This document shows positions 29,070 to 38,842 of a stretch of DNA of 64,000 nucleotides, piece by piece. The stretch is from NCBI GenBank assembly GCA_963728565.1, contig CAVSLC010000004.1, positions 64,001 through 128,000 of the forward strand, given 5' to 3'. This stretch comes from an uncultured delta proteobacterium. Its GTDB lineage: Bacteria; Desulfobacterota; Binatia; UBA9968. The notes beneath the pieces are model-generated. The model was not told the DNA's origin. It worked only from the letters and a program-made list of their open reading frames with translations, and searched no databases. The translations under genes were made by a program, and so were the position numbers. The stretch's first letter is position 1. Each line of letters starts with the position of its first letter.

Positions 29070-30227
29070 GTGAAAAACGATGAGCTCTCATACAACTTAG
29101 GCGACACCGTCGATCGCCTGATCTCGGTTCAATATTTCATGTCAGGCGGCGGCTCGGCCCTGACCCGCAAGCCGGTAACCGGCGTGCTCTACGAAGCCGC
29201 CCGCGAAAAGGCCGGCGCGCCGCTCTGTCATCTTGCGGCCAAAACGCTTGCGGACAATGTTCAGCGCGGCGACACCGTGCTGATCACCACTGGCCTGATT
29301 GCGCCGCCATACATGATCGCCGAAGGCGACGGCCCGATTGCTGCCGCGACGCTTGCGCGGGCTATCGACGTCGGTCTTGACGCGACTCCGATCATCGTTT
29401 GCGAAGCAGTCGTGGTGAAAGCCATGGAGGCTCTTTGCCAGGCCGCCGGCCTAATGCCAAGCGCTCCCGAGCTGGCGGTCGGAACGCCGAGAAAAGTCAT
29501 CGTTCTGCCGTTTCCTCTCGACGACGACTTGGGGCGGCGCGAGGCGATTCGACTTTTGGATCAGTTCAAACCGAAAGCCGTCGTGGCTATAGAAAAGTTA
29601 TCCAAGAATGTTAAAGGCATTTATCACAATGGCTTCGGCATCGACGTGTCGTCGGTACAAGCAAAAGTGGATTACCTTTTTGACTTCGCGCGCGACCGCG
29701 GCATACCTACGATAGGCGTCGGTGACGGCGGCAACGAAATCGGCACTGCCTGTATCGCCGACGCCGTCCGCAAAGTCGTGCCCACCGGCGCCAAATGCGG
29801 CTGTCCGTGCGAGTCCGGCATCGCCGCCGCGACTCACGCCGACTATTGCGTGTTCGGTTCCAAGTCGAACTATGGCGGCTTCGCCATCGAGGCCTGCCTG
29901 GCCGCGGGACTGGAGCGGCCCGAAATCTTTCACAGCGAAGTTGTCGCTCGGCGCGTACATGAGGCGGGCGCAACCATGGGTCTGGTGGATCCGTTCACCG
30001 GACTCGCGTTCGGTTGGGACGACTTTCCGGTGCACAAAAACGTCAATGAACTTGTCACTAATCTGATTCGCTACATGCTAGCCGTGCGCGTGGTGCCGCG
30101 CTGGTATAAAGATTCGATCATGGGACCGAGCCAGAAGTGGATCCATGAACGCTCGTTCGCCGAAGACTTGGTCTCGCGTTGGGCGAAATCCATCATTGAC
30201 TCGGAAAAAGAATTCTTCCCGAAGTAG
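29070..30227 (+). CDS. D-glutamate cyclase-like (DUF4392) protein
   Basis: VLITTG, EGDGP..AA.LARA, AIEK, TIGVGDGGNEIG, CGCPC, SNYG. Confidence 0.82.
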   Translation: MKNDELSYNLGDTVDRLISVQYFMSGGGSALTRKPVTGVLYEAAREKAGAPLCHLAAKTLADNVQRGDTVLITTGLIAPPYMIAEGDGPIAAATLARAIDVGLDATPIIVCEAVVVKAMEALCQAAGLMPSAPELAVGTPRKVIVLPFPLDDDLGRREAIRLLDQFKPKAVVAIEKLSKNVKGIYHNGFGIDVSSVQAKVDYLFDFARDRGIPTIGVGDGGNEIGTACIADAVRKVVPTGAKCGCPCESGIAAATHADYCVFGSKSNYGGFAIEACLAAGLERPEIFHSEVVARRVHEAGATMGLVDPFTGLAFGWDDFPVHKNVNELVTNLIRYMLAVRVVPRWYKDSIMGPSQKWIHERSFAEDLVSRWAKSIIDSEKEFFPK

Positions 30228-30230
30228 GTT

Positions 30231-31667
30231 ATGACGAAGATCACCGCCGATATCGTTTTTAAGAACGGCTGGGTCGTCACGCCTTCCGGTGTCATCGAGG
30301 GCGGCATTGCCGTCGCCGACGGAAAGATCGCCGCGGTCGGTAGCGATGCGTTTTTGCCGGATGCAGAGCAGATCATCGACTTGGGCGGCAAACATCTTCT
30401 TCCGGGAGTGATCGATCCCGAGTGTCACCTCGGCGGCCATCGCGACCTGGCCGCCGATTTTAAAAGCGAGACACGGGCCGCCGCCGCTACCGGCGTGACG
30501 ACCTGGGGTTTGCAGCTCGTAAGCCTGGCGATCACCGGCGGCGCCGATAAAGTGAAGGGGCCCTCCGATATTCCGAATTTCACGAAATCGATGCCAACTT
30601 TCTACGAGGCGGCGAAAACCGCGGCCATCGATTTCTTTCTGACGCCGATCATCAGTACTGACGAGCAGGTCAAAGAAATCCCCTATCTGGCGAACGAACA
30701 CGGCATCAGCTCCTTCAAGCTCCACTTGCAGATGCAGGGACCGTGGAAGTCCTCATGGCCGGCTTACTTTTTTGACGATGGCAGCATTTACTCGGTCTTT
30801 CAGGAGGTCGCCAAGCTCGGCGCGCCAGCGATCGCGCTGCTTCACTGCGAGAACTGGGAGATCGCCCAGGTGCTGCAGAAGCAGCTGATGGACGCCGGGC
30901 GCAGCGACATGGGCGCCTGGGATGATCGCTCGCCGGCTTTCACCGAGGTCGGTCACGCCCGGACCTACCTTTATTATGCCCGGATCGCCGGCTGTCCAAT
31001 TTACGTCGTGCACTGTACAACGACCGACACCGTCGCGGAAATCGAGAGAGCCAAAGCAGAAGGCTTGACGGTCTATAGCGAAATCGGCACCCACTATCTC
31101 GTGCTGCACAAGGACGCGTGGAAGATCAACGTGCCGCTGCGCGATCGCTCTACACACGAAAGTCTATGGAAGGCGCTCGCGTCCGGCGCCATCGATTGCA
31201 TCGGCAGCGATCACGTCGCGCACACCAGAACCCGCGAGTCCATGCAGACGGGCAACGTCTTTACCACCGTCAGCGGTTTTCCTTCACGGGTGGAAGGGAT
31301 GCTGCCGATGATGCTCAGCGAGGGCGTAAATAAGGATCGAATCTCAATCGAGCGCCTGGCCCAAGTCGCCAGTGAAAATCCAGCGCGCATCTTCGGCCTT
31401 TATCCGAAGAAAGGCGCGATCCTGCCGGGCGCCGATGCGGATCTTGTGGTCGTCGATTTGAAGCGGCGTGCAAAGATCACGAAGGAACTTCTTCACACGG
31501 TGACACCCTGGTCCATCTACGAAGGTTGGGATGTCACCGGCTGGCCGGTTATGACTATCGTCCGAGGTAACATTGTGATGGAATGGCCTGAGGGCGCTCC
31601 TCGCGCCAGGGTCACCGAAACTTCCACGGGCCAGTATCTCAAAAGGCAACTCAGCCGCACAATCTGA
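30231..31667 (+). CDS. Cyclic amidohydrolase (dihydroorotase/allantoinase/hydantoinase family)
   Basis: LPGVIDPECH, SFK (carboxy-Lys position), LHCEN, VVH, IGSDH, NPARIFGLYPKKG.I.PGADADLV. Confidence 0.9.
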   Translation: MTKITADIVFKNGWVVTPSGVIEGGIAVADGKIAAVGSDAFLPDAEQIIDLGGKHLLPGVIDPECHLGGHRDLAADFKSETRAAAATGVTTWGLQLVSLAITGGADKVKGPSDIPNFTKSMPTFYEAAKTAAIDFFLTPIISTDEQVKEIPYLANEHGISSFKLHLQMQGPWKSSWPAYFFDDGSIYSVFQEVAKLGAPAIALLHCENWEIAQVLQKQLMDAGRSDMGAWDDRSPAFTEVGHARTYLYYARIAGCPIYVVHCTTTDTVAEIERAKAEGLTVYSEIGTHYLVLHKDAWKINVPLRDRSTHESLWKALASGAIDCIGSDHVAHTRTRESMQTGNVFTTVSGFPSRVEGMLPMMLSEGVNKDRISIERLAQVASENPARIFGLYPKKGAILPGADADLVVVDLKRRAKITKELLHTVTPWSIYEGWDVTGWPVMTIVRGNIVMEWPEGAPRARVTETSTGQYLKRQLSRTI

Positions 31668-31710
31668 TCCTGGACTCTGCGAGATAGCCGTCGAGCGAAA
31701 TGTTTCTGTT

Positions 31711-31817
31711 CACCACGAAACGCATAAAGGACACGAAGAGCAAACAATCGAGCTAGAGCACGAACCTGGATGCAACATGTTTTATTTTTCTTCGCGCCCT
31801 TCGTGTCCTCCGTGGTG
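31711..31817. repeat. REP-like imperfect inverted repeat
   Basis: The left arm CACCACG...AGGACACGAAG (31711-31738) is complementary to the right arm CTTCGTGTCCT.CGTGGTG (31799-31817). Confidence 0.6.
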
Positions 31818-32082
31818 GTATACACCGGATAAAGTAGCAACAGCGTGAGACACTGCACTAGGTGAGAAAAAACCTCCGTCGGCAACCCTATCGAAAGACT
31901 AACGCGCTTTGATGCGGCTTTTAATCTGGTAATCTTCAGGCAGAGAATCTTGAATCATTGGAAATCGCTATCACTCCAGAGCATGCGCTGTCATTGTGGT
32001 CGTGATTACTCGAGCAAAAGCTGCTTGAATGATGTCCTTGTATCGACAGCGCATCAACATGCCCGTCATCTAAGATCATCCC

Positions 32083-33010
32083 ATGCCTCCAGTCATTTCC
32101 ATTTCGAACTTGACCAAGACCTACGCTTCCGGGTACCAGGCGCTGAAGGGTATCGACCTCGAGATCCGCAAGGGTGAAATCTTTGCTCTGTTGGGTCCCA
32201 ACGGCGCCGGCAAAACCACCGTGATCAGCATCATCTGCGGTATCGTGACCCCCACAGAGGGCATCGTTCTCGTGGACGGCCACGACATCGTGCGCGAATA
32301 CCGCGCGGCGCGGACAAAGATCGGCCTGGTGCCGCAGGAGCTGACCACCGACGCGTTCGAGTCGGTATGGGCGACCGTGAGCTTCAGCCGGGGTCTCTTC
32401 GGTCATGCGCCGAACCCGGCTTTTATTGAGCAGGTGCTGCGTGACTTATCTTTGTGGGAAAAGCGCGAAAACAAGATTATGACCTTGTCGGGCGGCATGA
32501 AACGCCGCGTGATGATCGCCAAGGCCCTGTCGCACGAGCCGGAGATTCTTTTCCTCGACGAGCCCACCGCGGGCGTAGACGTCGAGTTGCGCCGCGACAT
32601 GTGGGACGCTGGTGCGAAGCCTGCGGGAAAGCGGCGTCACCATCATCCTGACCACCCACTACATCGATGAGGCCGAGGAGATGGCCGACCGCATCGGGGT
32701 GATCAACAAAGGAGGACTGGTCGTGGTTGAAGACAAGGTCGAGCTGATGAAAAAACTCGGCAAGAAGCAGCTGACCCTGAGCCTCCTCGACCCTTTGCCA
32801 TCGCTTCCGCTGGAATTAAGCGAATGGCCGGTGGCGCTGAAGGACGGCGGGCGCGAGCTGGAATACACTTTCCACGGCAATGAAGAAAGCACTGGAATCC
32901 CGATTCTGCTAAAGCGGCTCGGCGATCTCGGCATCGGCTTCAAGGACCTGAACACGCGGCAGAGCTCGCTCGAGGACATCTTCGTCAGCCTGGTGAGCGA
33001 TCGCAAATGA
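32083..33010 (+). CDS. ABC-2 exporter ATP-binding protein (YadG-like), +1 frameshift near 32605
   Basis: [16 protein letters not shown] and LDEPT lie in ORF 32083; the H-loop ILTTHY lies in ORF 32612. An extra G in ATGTGGGACG joins the two. Confidence 0.9.
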
Positions 33011-33795
33011 GCACGGCAACAAAACCATCGAGATTCAACAGGCACGGTGTCTGGGCAATCTACAAGTTCGAAATGGCGCGTGCCTTGCGCACGTTGTTGC
33101 AAAGCGTAGTGACGCCGGTGATGACCACCTCGCTTTATTTCGTCGTCTTCGGCGCCGCCATCGGCTCGCGCATGACCGAAGTGAACGGCATCGCCTACGG
33201 CTCTTTCATCGTGCCGGGATTGATGATGCTGTCGCTGTTGACCCAGAGCATTTCCAATGCTTCGTTCGGCATCTATTTTCCGAAGTTTACCGGGACAGTT
33301 TATGAACTCTTGTCCGCCCCGGTCTCCTCTATGGAAATCGTCATCGCCTACGTTGGCGCCGCGGCGAGCAAATCCGTCGTTCTCGGCCTCATCATTCTGG
33401 CAACAGCCGCGCTGTTTGTGCCGATCACGATTCTTCACCCGGTGTGGATGATCGCCTTTTTAGTGCTGACCGCGGCGACCTTCAGTCTCTTCGGTTTCAT
33501 CATCGGTCTCTGGGCCAAAGGCTTCGAACAGTTGCAGTTCATCCCGATGCTGGTCGTAACGCCGCTGACCTTTCTCGGGGGCGCCTTCTATTCGATCGAC
33601 ATGCTGCCGCCGGCGTGGCGCACGGTTACATTGTTCAATCCCGTAGTTTATCTCATCAGCGGATTCCGCTGGAGCTTTTACGGCACCTCCGACGTGAGTG
33701 TCAGCGTGAGCCTGGCGATGACATCGGGATTCTTTGCGATCTGCCTGGCGGTGGTCGCATGGATCTTCAAGACCGGATACCGGCTGAAGAGCTGA
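33007..33795 (+). CDS. ABC-2 exporter permease (YadH-like)
   Basis: [37 protein letters not shown]. Confidence 0.92.
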   Translation: MSTATKPSRFNRHGVWAIYKFEMARALRTLLQSVVTPVMTTSLYFVVFGAAIGSRMTEVNGIAYGSFIVPGLMMLSLLTQSISNASFGIYFPKFTGTVYELLSAPVSSMEIVIAYVGAAASKSVVLGLIILATAALFVPITILHPVWMIAFLVLTAATFSLFGFIIGLWAKGFEQLQFIPMLVVTPLTFLGGAFYSIDMLPPAWRTVTLFNPVVYLISGFRWSFYGTSDVSVSVSLAMTSGFFAICLAVVAWIFKTGYRLKS

Positions 33796-33988
33796 CGGAA
33801 TTGAAACGCACTCGTCGCTCTCGAGCGATATTGTGCGACAAAAGCTTGCCGCATCGCTTAATCGAGGCAAATCACAATCTCCCCACCGCGGCAGATCACC
33901 GCACTCGAGTTGCCACCTTGTCACAAAAGAGCGTGAATGCGCACGCATTCGCCAAGCGATTCGCCCTAGCGCAGGATCCGGCCATTGA

Positions 33989-34004
33989 TGGCAAATGCCT
34001 TGCG
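33989..34004 (+). promoter_or_regulatory. Sigma-54 (-24/-12) promoter
   Basis: TGGCAAATGCCTTGCG with canonical spacing, 35 bp upstream of ATG 34039, which has a GGAGG RBS. Confidence 0.7.
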
Positions 34005-34038
34005 TCAGACACCACCCGATATCTGATCGGAGGAAATC

Positions 34039-34434
34039 ATGAAATCATTTTTGGTCGCTTTTCTCGTAATCTTCTTAGCCGCAGTATTCGAAGCTCCCGG
34101 CGTGCGCGGCAACGAATTCAAAGAACGAGAAGCAAAAATCAGCCAGTACAAGCAATGGCTCGATTCTCTCGGCTCTCACGGTTCCCAATATTGGATGCGT
34201 CTCGATGGCAAGCCGCGGCCTCATCGGTTATATTTGGGCGAAGGCTTCTATCGCGCCGACTTTAAAAGCCAAGAGCGTTTCGTCGATACGTTCTCAAATT
34301 ATCTTGCAGGACACCCGGAAAAATTCATGCTTATCGATCTCTTCGATGCGGCCAGCAACAAACCGGTAGGCGAGTATGGATTCGGCGGCTTCAAACTTTA
34401 CACAAAGCCTCTGCAGACCGCCGAGCGTCCTTAA
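34039..34434 (+). CDS. Secreted hypothetical protein
   Basis: GGAGG RBS, signal peptide MKSFLVAFLVIFLAAV, 131 aa; no family recognised. Confidence 0.75.
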   Translation: MKSFLVAFLVIFLAAVFEAPGVRGNEFKEREAKISQYKQWLDSLGSHGSQYWMRLDGKPRPHRLYLGEGFYRADFKSQERFVDTFSNYLAGHPEKFMLIDLFDAASNKPVGEYGFGGFKLYTKPLQTAERP

Positions 34435-34689
34435 GATTATTGCAACCGATAGCTCTATAATCTCCCGCCGACGCCGCTTCCGCTGATGTTGGCCAAGACT
34501 AACGGCGCGGAATCTGCTCGACCTCATGCAAGGTGTCGAGTAAACTTCGACCGCCCGCTGCTACTCGAAGGCGCGCGAGAATTGCTCCAAATCTGCAGCG
34601 AGTTTCGCCAAGTCTGGAGCTTGTAAATCTCCTTCCCGCCGGATAGTTGAGGTTCGTCTCAAGCGCCAATAGCCGGGCACTGGAGGAAG

Positions 34690-36561
34690 ATGATTTCCGC
34701 CGAACAAATTACCCAAGCCTTCGACAGCGCAACGCGGCAATTCCGCCAATCCGACGAGTATCAGGAGCTTGTCGCGGGACGTGCCAGCCCCGAGTCTGCC
34801 CGCGAGTTTTTGCGCAACGTTTTTCGCACCCACTTCCTCTCCTCGCATATCGTTGCCCTGTGCTTCGCATCATTGCCGTCGACGGCGGCCGAGATGTTGA
34901 GAGAAAATCTCCTGGAGGAAATGGGCCGCTCCGACGCCGGAAGGCCGCATTCGGCGCTGCTCCTGGAGCTGGCGCGCGGGGTCGGCTTTGACCAGAGCGA
35001 AATCGACGGGCTGATCGCCGATGCCCGCCGGCGCCTCGCGGTCTTCTGCGCCACTCATGTGCCGGCCTCAACCCTGCGCGAGCTTTGCCTGGCGGTGTTG
35101 CTCGAAACCATGAGCTTCGAGTTCATGCTGTCGCGCTGTTCGAGCGAGATCGCCGCTGCCCTGTCCAGCCGCTTCGGCTTTGCTAAACCGGCCCTGCACT
35201 GGTTTGCGCTCCATTCGGAGGTCGACGTGCGCCACGCCGAAGAGGGGGTGACCATAATCCAGGATTATCTCAGCTTTCACCAGGCACCCGACGATCTCTT
35301 CGAGCAAATCGCGAGTCTGACACTGGGCGATAACATTTTCGCTCGCCACTATTTTCCAGCCGGCTCGAAACAGCGGACCGGCACTCGATCGGTCCCGGCC
35401 AAGGCGCGGCGTATCGAAGCCCTGACCATTTACCGGCTGCGCATCCCGTTTCACCAAACCTTCCGCCATGCGCTGCACAGCCGCGAAGAGAGCGACGCGG
35501 TGATCGTTAAAGTCGTCGACAGCGACGGCCGCCGCGGTTTTGGCGAGAGCTTGCCTCGATCCTATGTCACCGGCGAGACAACCGAATCCATGATCGCGCG
35601 CATTCGCGAGCACCTGGCGCCTCGGGTGTTTTCGCAATCGTTGGCACCGGGCTGGGAAACTTTCGAGTATCTTCAATCCGTCGTGTCCGAATGGACGCGA
35701 CCCGAAGAGCGGCAAAGCAGCATTGCCGCCTGGAACGCCGCCTTTTGCGCCGTCGAGTTGGCATTGCTCGACTGGAGCCTGCGCGCCGATCACTGCGCCT
35801 TGGCCGACTTGCTGCCGCCGACGCGCTACGAAGTTGTCTACAGTGGCGTGATCTCGGCCGATGCACCCGACGACGCGGCCGCTCTCGCCAAGAGAATGGC
35901 CCGGATCGGCATACGCCAGATCAAAGTGAAGGTCGGCACCATTGATGACGCGGCGCGGCTCGAAGCGGTGCGTAAAGCCGTCGGTGTCGAGGTCGAATTG
36001 CGCGCCGACGCCAACGGCGCCTGGAGTGCCGACGAGGCGATCGAACAACTACAACGATTGGCGCGCTTCAAGTTGCAATCGATTGAACAGCCGGTGCGGG
36101 CCGATGATCTGGCAGGAATGAAACGAGCGCGTCAGGAGAGCGGCGTTGCAGTCATGGCCGATGAGTCGCTGGTCACGTTGGATCAGGCGCGCCTCTTGAT
36201 AGAACTCCGCGCTTGCGATTATTTTAACATCCGACTATCCAAGAACGGCGGCATCGGCGCCAGTTTAGCGATCGCCAGATTGGCGCAAGAAGCGGGGGTG
36301 AAAATTCAGGTGGGTGCGCAGGTCGGTGAGACCGGTATTTTGTCGGCCGCAGGGCGCACTTTGGCGGCGTATTTGCCGGCTCTGGCATTTGCCGAAGGCT
36401 CCTTCGGTACCTGGCTGCTCACCGAGGATGTCACATTCGAAAACGTCGCGTTTGGCTTGGGCGGGCGGGCGCCGCTTTTGCACACCCAAGGGCTCAGCGT
36501 CACGGTGAAGGAAGAGGTCCTGGAGCGTCTCGCCGCCGCGAAAATCGAGCTGCGCCGGTAA
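34690..36561 (+). CDS. Fusion of a heme-oxygenase-like diiron (PqqC/CADD-type HDO) domain and an enolase-superfamily (MLE/dipeptide epimerase-like) domain
   Basis: N-terminal domain: ENLLEEMG..PH, SFE, WFALHSEVDVRH. C-terminal domain: GFGESLPRSYVTGET, KVKVG, ADAN, IEQP, MADES, NIRLSKNGG, GAQVGET. One continuous 623-aa frame with GGAGG RBS. Confidence 0.85.
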   Translation: MISAEQITQAFDSATRQFRQSDEYQELVAGRASPESAREFLRNVFRTHFLSSHIVALCFASLPSTAAEMLRENLLEEMGRSDAGRPHSALLLELARGVGFDQSEIDGLIADARRRLAVFCATHVPASTLRELCLAVLLETMSFEFMLSRCSSEIAAALSSRFGFAKPALHWFALHSEVDVRHAEEGVTIIQDYLSFHQAPDDLFEQIASLTLGDNIFARHYFPAGSKQRTGTRSVPAKARRIEALTIYRLRIPFHQTFRHALHSREESDAVIVKVVDSDGRRGFGESLPRSYVTGETTESMIARIREHLAPRVFSQSLAPGWETFEYLQSVVSEWTRPEERQSSIAAWNAAFCAVELALLDWSLRADHCALADLLPPTRYEVVYSGVISADAPDDAAALAKRMARIGIRQIKVKVGTIDDAARLEAVRKAVGVEVELRADANGAWSADEAIEQLQRLARFKLQSIEQPVRADDLAGMKRARQESGVAVMADESLVTLDQARLLIELRACDYFNIRLSKNGGIGASLAIARLAQEAGVKIQVGAQVGETGILSAAGRTLAAYLPALAFAEGSFGTWLLTEDVTFENVAFGLGGRAPLLHTQGLSVTVKEEVLERLAAAKIELRR

Positions 36562-36567
36562 CCCTCT

Positions 36568-38255
36568 ATGCGACTGCTCGTCAAAGCCGCTATGTTCGTA
36601 ATCCGCCGCCAGTGGACACGCTGGCAAAAGCTCACATCCAAGCCCCAGGAAACTCAGGAGCGACTGCTTCTCGATATCATCGAGCGCAATCGCTCCACCC
36701 GCTTCGGCCGCGATCATGGCTTCAAATCGATCGGCTCTCTGCGCGATTATCGCAAGCAAGTGGCGATCGCCGATTACGAGCGTCTGCGTCCGTATGTCGA
36801 GCTCGTTAACAACGCGCGAGCGCGGCGCGCTGACCGCCGAGCCCATCGACATGTTCACGATGACCAGTGGCAGCTACGGGTGATCCCAAGCTGATCCCGG
36901 TAACGGCAAAAACACGAGAGAACCACCGGCAATTGACGCGGCTGTGGTATTACCGCGCGCTCGTAGACCATCCCGATCTCTTCAACGGCAAACTCGTTGG
37001 CGTCGTCAGCCCGGAAGTCGAAGGAGAAACAGCCGGCGGTATTCCATTCGGCGCCGCTTCGGGTTTGATTTACCGGAGCAGCCCGCGTTGGATACAAAAT
37101 GCTTACGCCGTGCCCTACGTGGTTTCCGAGATTAAAGACTTCGAGGCCAAATACTATCTGATCATGCGTCTTGCGCTGGAACAGGATATTTCGTTTTTCG
37201 CCACGCCCAATCCGAGTACGATTTTGAAGCTCGTCCAAAGCGCAAGTCAGAATAAGTACGACATCATCAAGGACATTCATGACGGCACTATCACATCGCG
37301 TTTCGACCTGCCGGCCCAAGTGCGTGCGTCGCTCGCGTCACGGTTGAGAAAAAACCTGCCGCGCGCGCGGCGACTGGAATCTTTAATCAAGCACGACGGA
37401 GCGCTCCGACCCAAAGAGTACTGGCCCCGGCTGCGACTTATCGGTTGCTGGAAGGGGGGCAGCGCCGGAGTGCGACTGAAGGAATTCGCCGGCTGGTTCG
37501 GCAAAACCACACCGGTACGCGATCTCGGTTACATGGCCAGTGAGGCGCAGATGACATTGCCGATATTCGACTCAGGGTCCGCTGGCATTCTCGCGATCGA
37601 TAAAAACTTTTACGAATTCATCCCCGAGTCCGAAATCAATGCGTCTGCGCCAACGATCTTGACATGTTCCGAGCTCGAGGAGGGAAATCTTTATTATATT
37701 ATTCTTACCACACCCGGCGGATTGTACCGCTACGACATCAACGACGTGATTCGCGTCGCTGGATTTTACAACCAAACGCCGCTCCTCGAATTCGTCCGTA
37801 AAGGCCGCGATGTCACCAGCATCACCGGCGAAAAGTTGCACGTCAACCAGTTAATCGGCGCCATGGCGCAGGCGCAAAGAGTTGCCGGCGTGGCGGTGCA
37901 ACATTTTCGCGCTTGCGCCCATGTGGAAAAGTCTCTTTACGTTCTCTCGGTGGAACTGGACGGCGCCATCCCAAGCCGCGAAAGCCTAGTGCAACTGCTG
38001 CATGAACTTGATGCCGGCTTGCGAGAACTCAATGTGGAATATGCGCAAAAACGCGACTCGCAGCGGCTCGGCTCGCCGATCCTTTGCGTGATGAAGCCCG
38101 GTTGGTTCGAGCGCAGAACCCAGATAATTCTCCAGCGCGGCGGGCGCGACACGCAATTTAAAGCGCAGCTTCTGTGCGCCACACCGGAAGACCCGGACGA
38201 GATAGAGTTCATCGTCCAAACCGCAGGCGCAGCGCCAGTAAAAAATCCAGATTGA
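36568..38255 (+). CDS. GH3 family acyl-acid-amido synthetase (two +1 frameshifts near 36815 and 36875)
   Basis: P.ETQERLL, T.FGRDHGF, DYERLRPY; reconstructed MFTMTSGSTGDPKLIP; GYMASE, FYEFIP, GLYRYDINDV, TGEKL, NVEY..KR. Confidence 0.88.
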
Positions 38256-38261
38256 CGCCGC

Positions 38262-38696
38262 ATGCACGGCCGCGCTCTGGCGATTCTGACTCTGCTTTTC
38301 GCGCTTCGCGTCTTGGGCCAAGCTCTGGTGGTATTTTTTTCGGTCGGCTGGCTGCCGCCCGCAGAGCAATGGTTCTCCGGTCTGATCCGCTATCCTATTC
38401 TTCTCGGCATCCAATTGGTTATGCTGGCCTTGATGTTCAAAATCGCAGTCGATATCTGGCGCGGTCGAAGCTTTTTCGCCAAGCCGAGACCTGGCTGTTC
38501 CCGATTCCTGGTCGCCTGCAGCATTTTGTACGCGGTCAGCATGGTGCTGCGCTACGCTTTAACGATGACGTACCGGCCCGAAATGCGCTGGTTCGGCGGC
38601 ACGATCCCGATTTTTTTCCACTTCGTCCTTGCCGCTTTCGTCTACACCTGGGGTAAATTTCATTCACAAAGGGACAAACTTGCAATCGCCCCATAA
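38262..38696 (+). CDS. Four-helix membrane protein of unknown function
   Basis: Four hydrophobic segments, with W.SGLI.YP and GG.IP..FH motifs; starts 6 bp after the GH3 stop. Confidence 0.75.
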   Translation: MHGRALAILTLLFALRVLGQALVVFFSVGWLPPAEQWFSGLIRYPILLGIQLVMLALMFKIAVDIWRGRSFFAKPRPGCSRFLVACSILYAVSMVLRYALTMTYRPEMRWFGGTIPIFFHFVLAAFVYTWGKFHSQRDKLAIAP

Positions 38697-38842
38697 CGGC
38701 AGTTCCACAATCGCACAGGACATGAATGTGACCGTGAGCTCCTTCTGTTTATTTCTATGATAGAACGATCTCTAACGATTTTGGCGCAACCCTCACAAAT
38801 CGAATTAGGGCGCTGACTGATCCGTGACGAGGTGAACTAATC

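Noticed and set aside
34690-35360. pqqC or CADD pABA synthase
   Set aside because: No other pqq or folate genes are adjacent, the CADD-type Tyr residues are not evident, and the domain is fused to an enolase.
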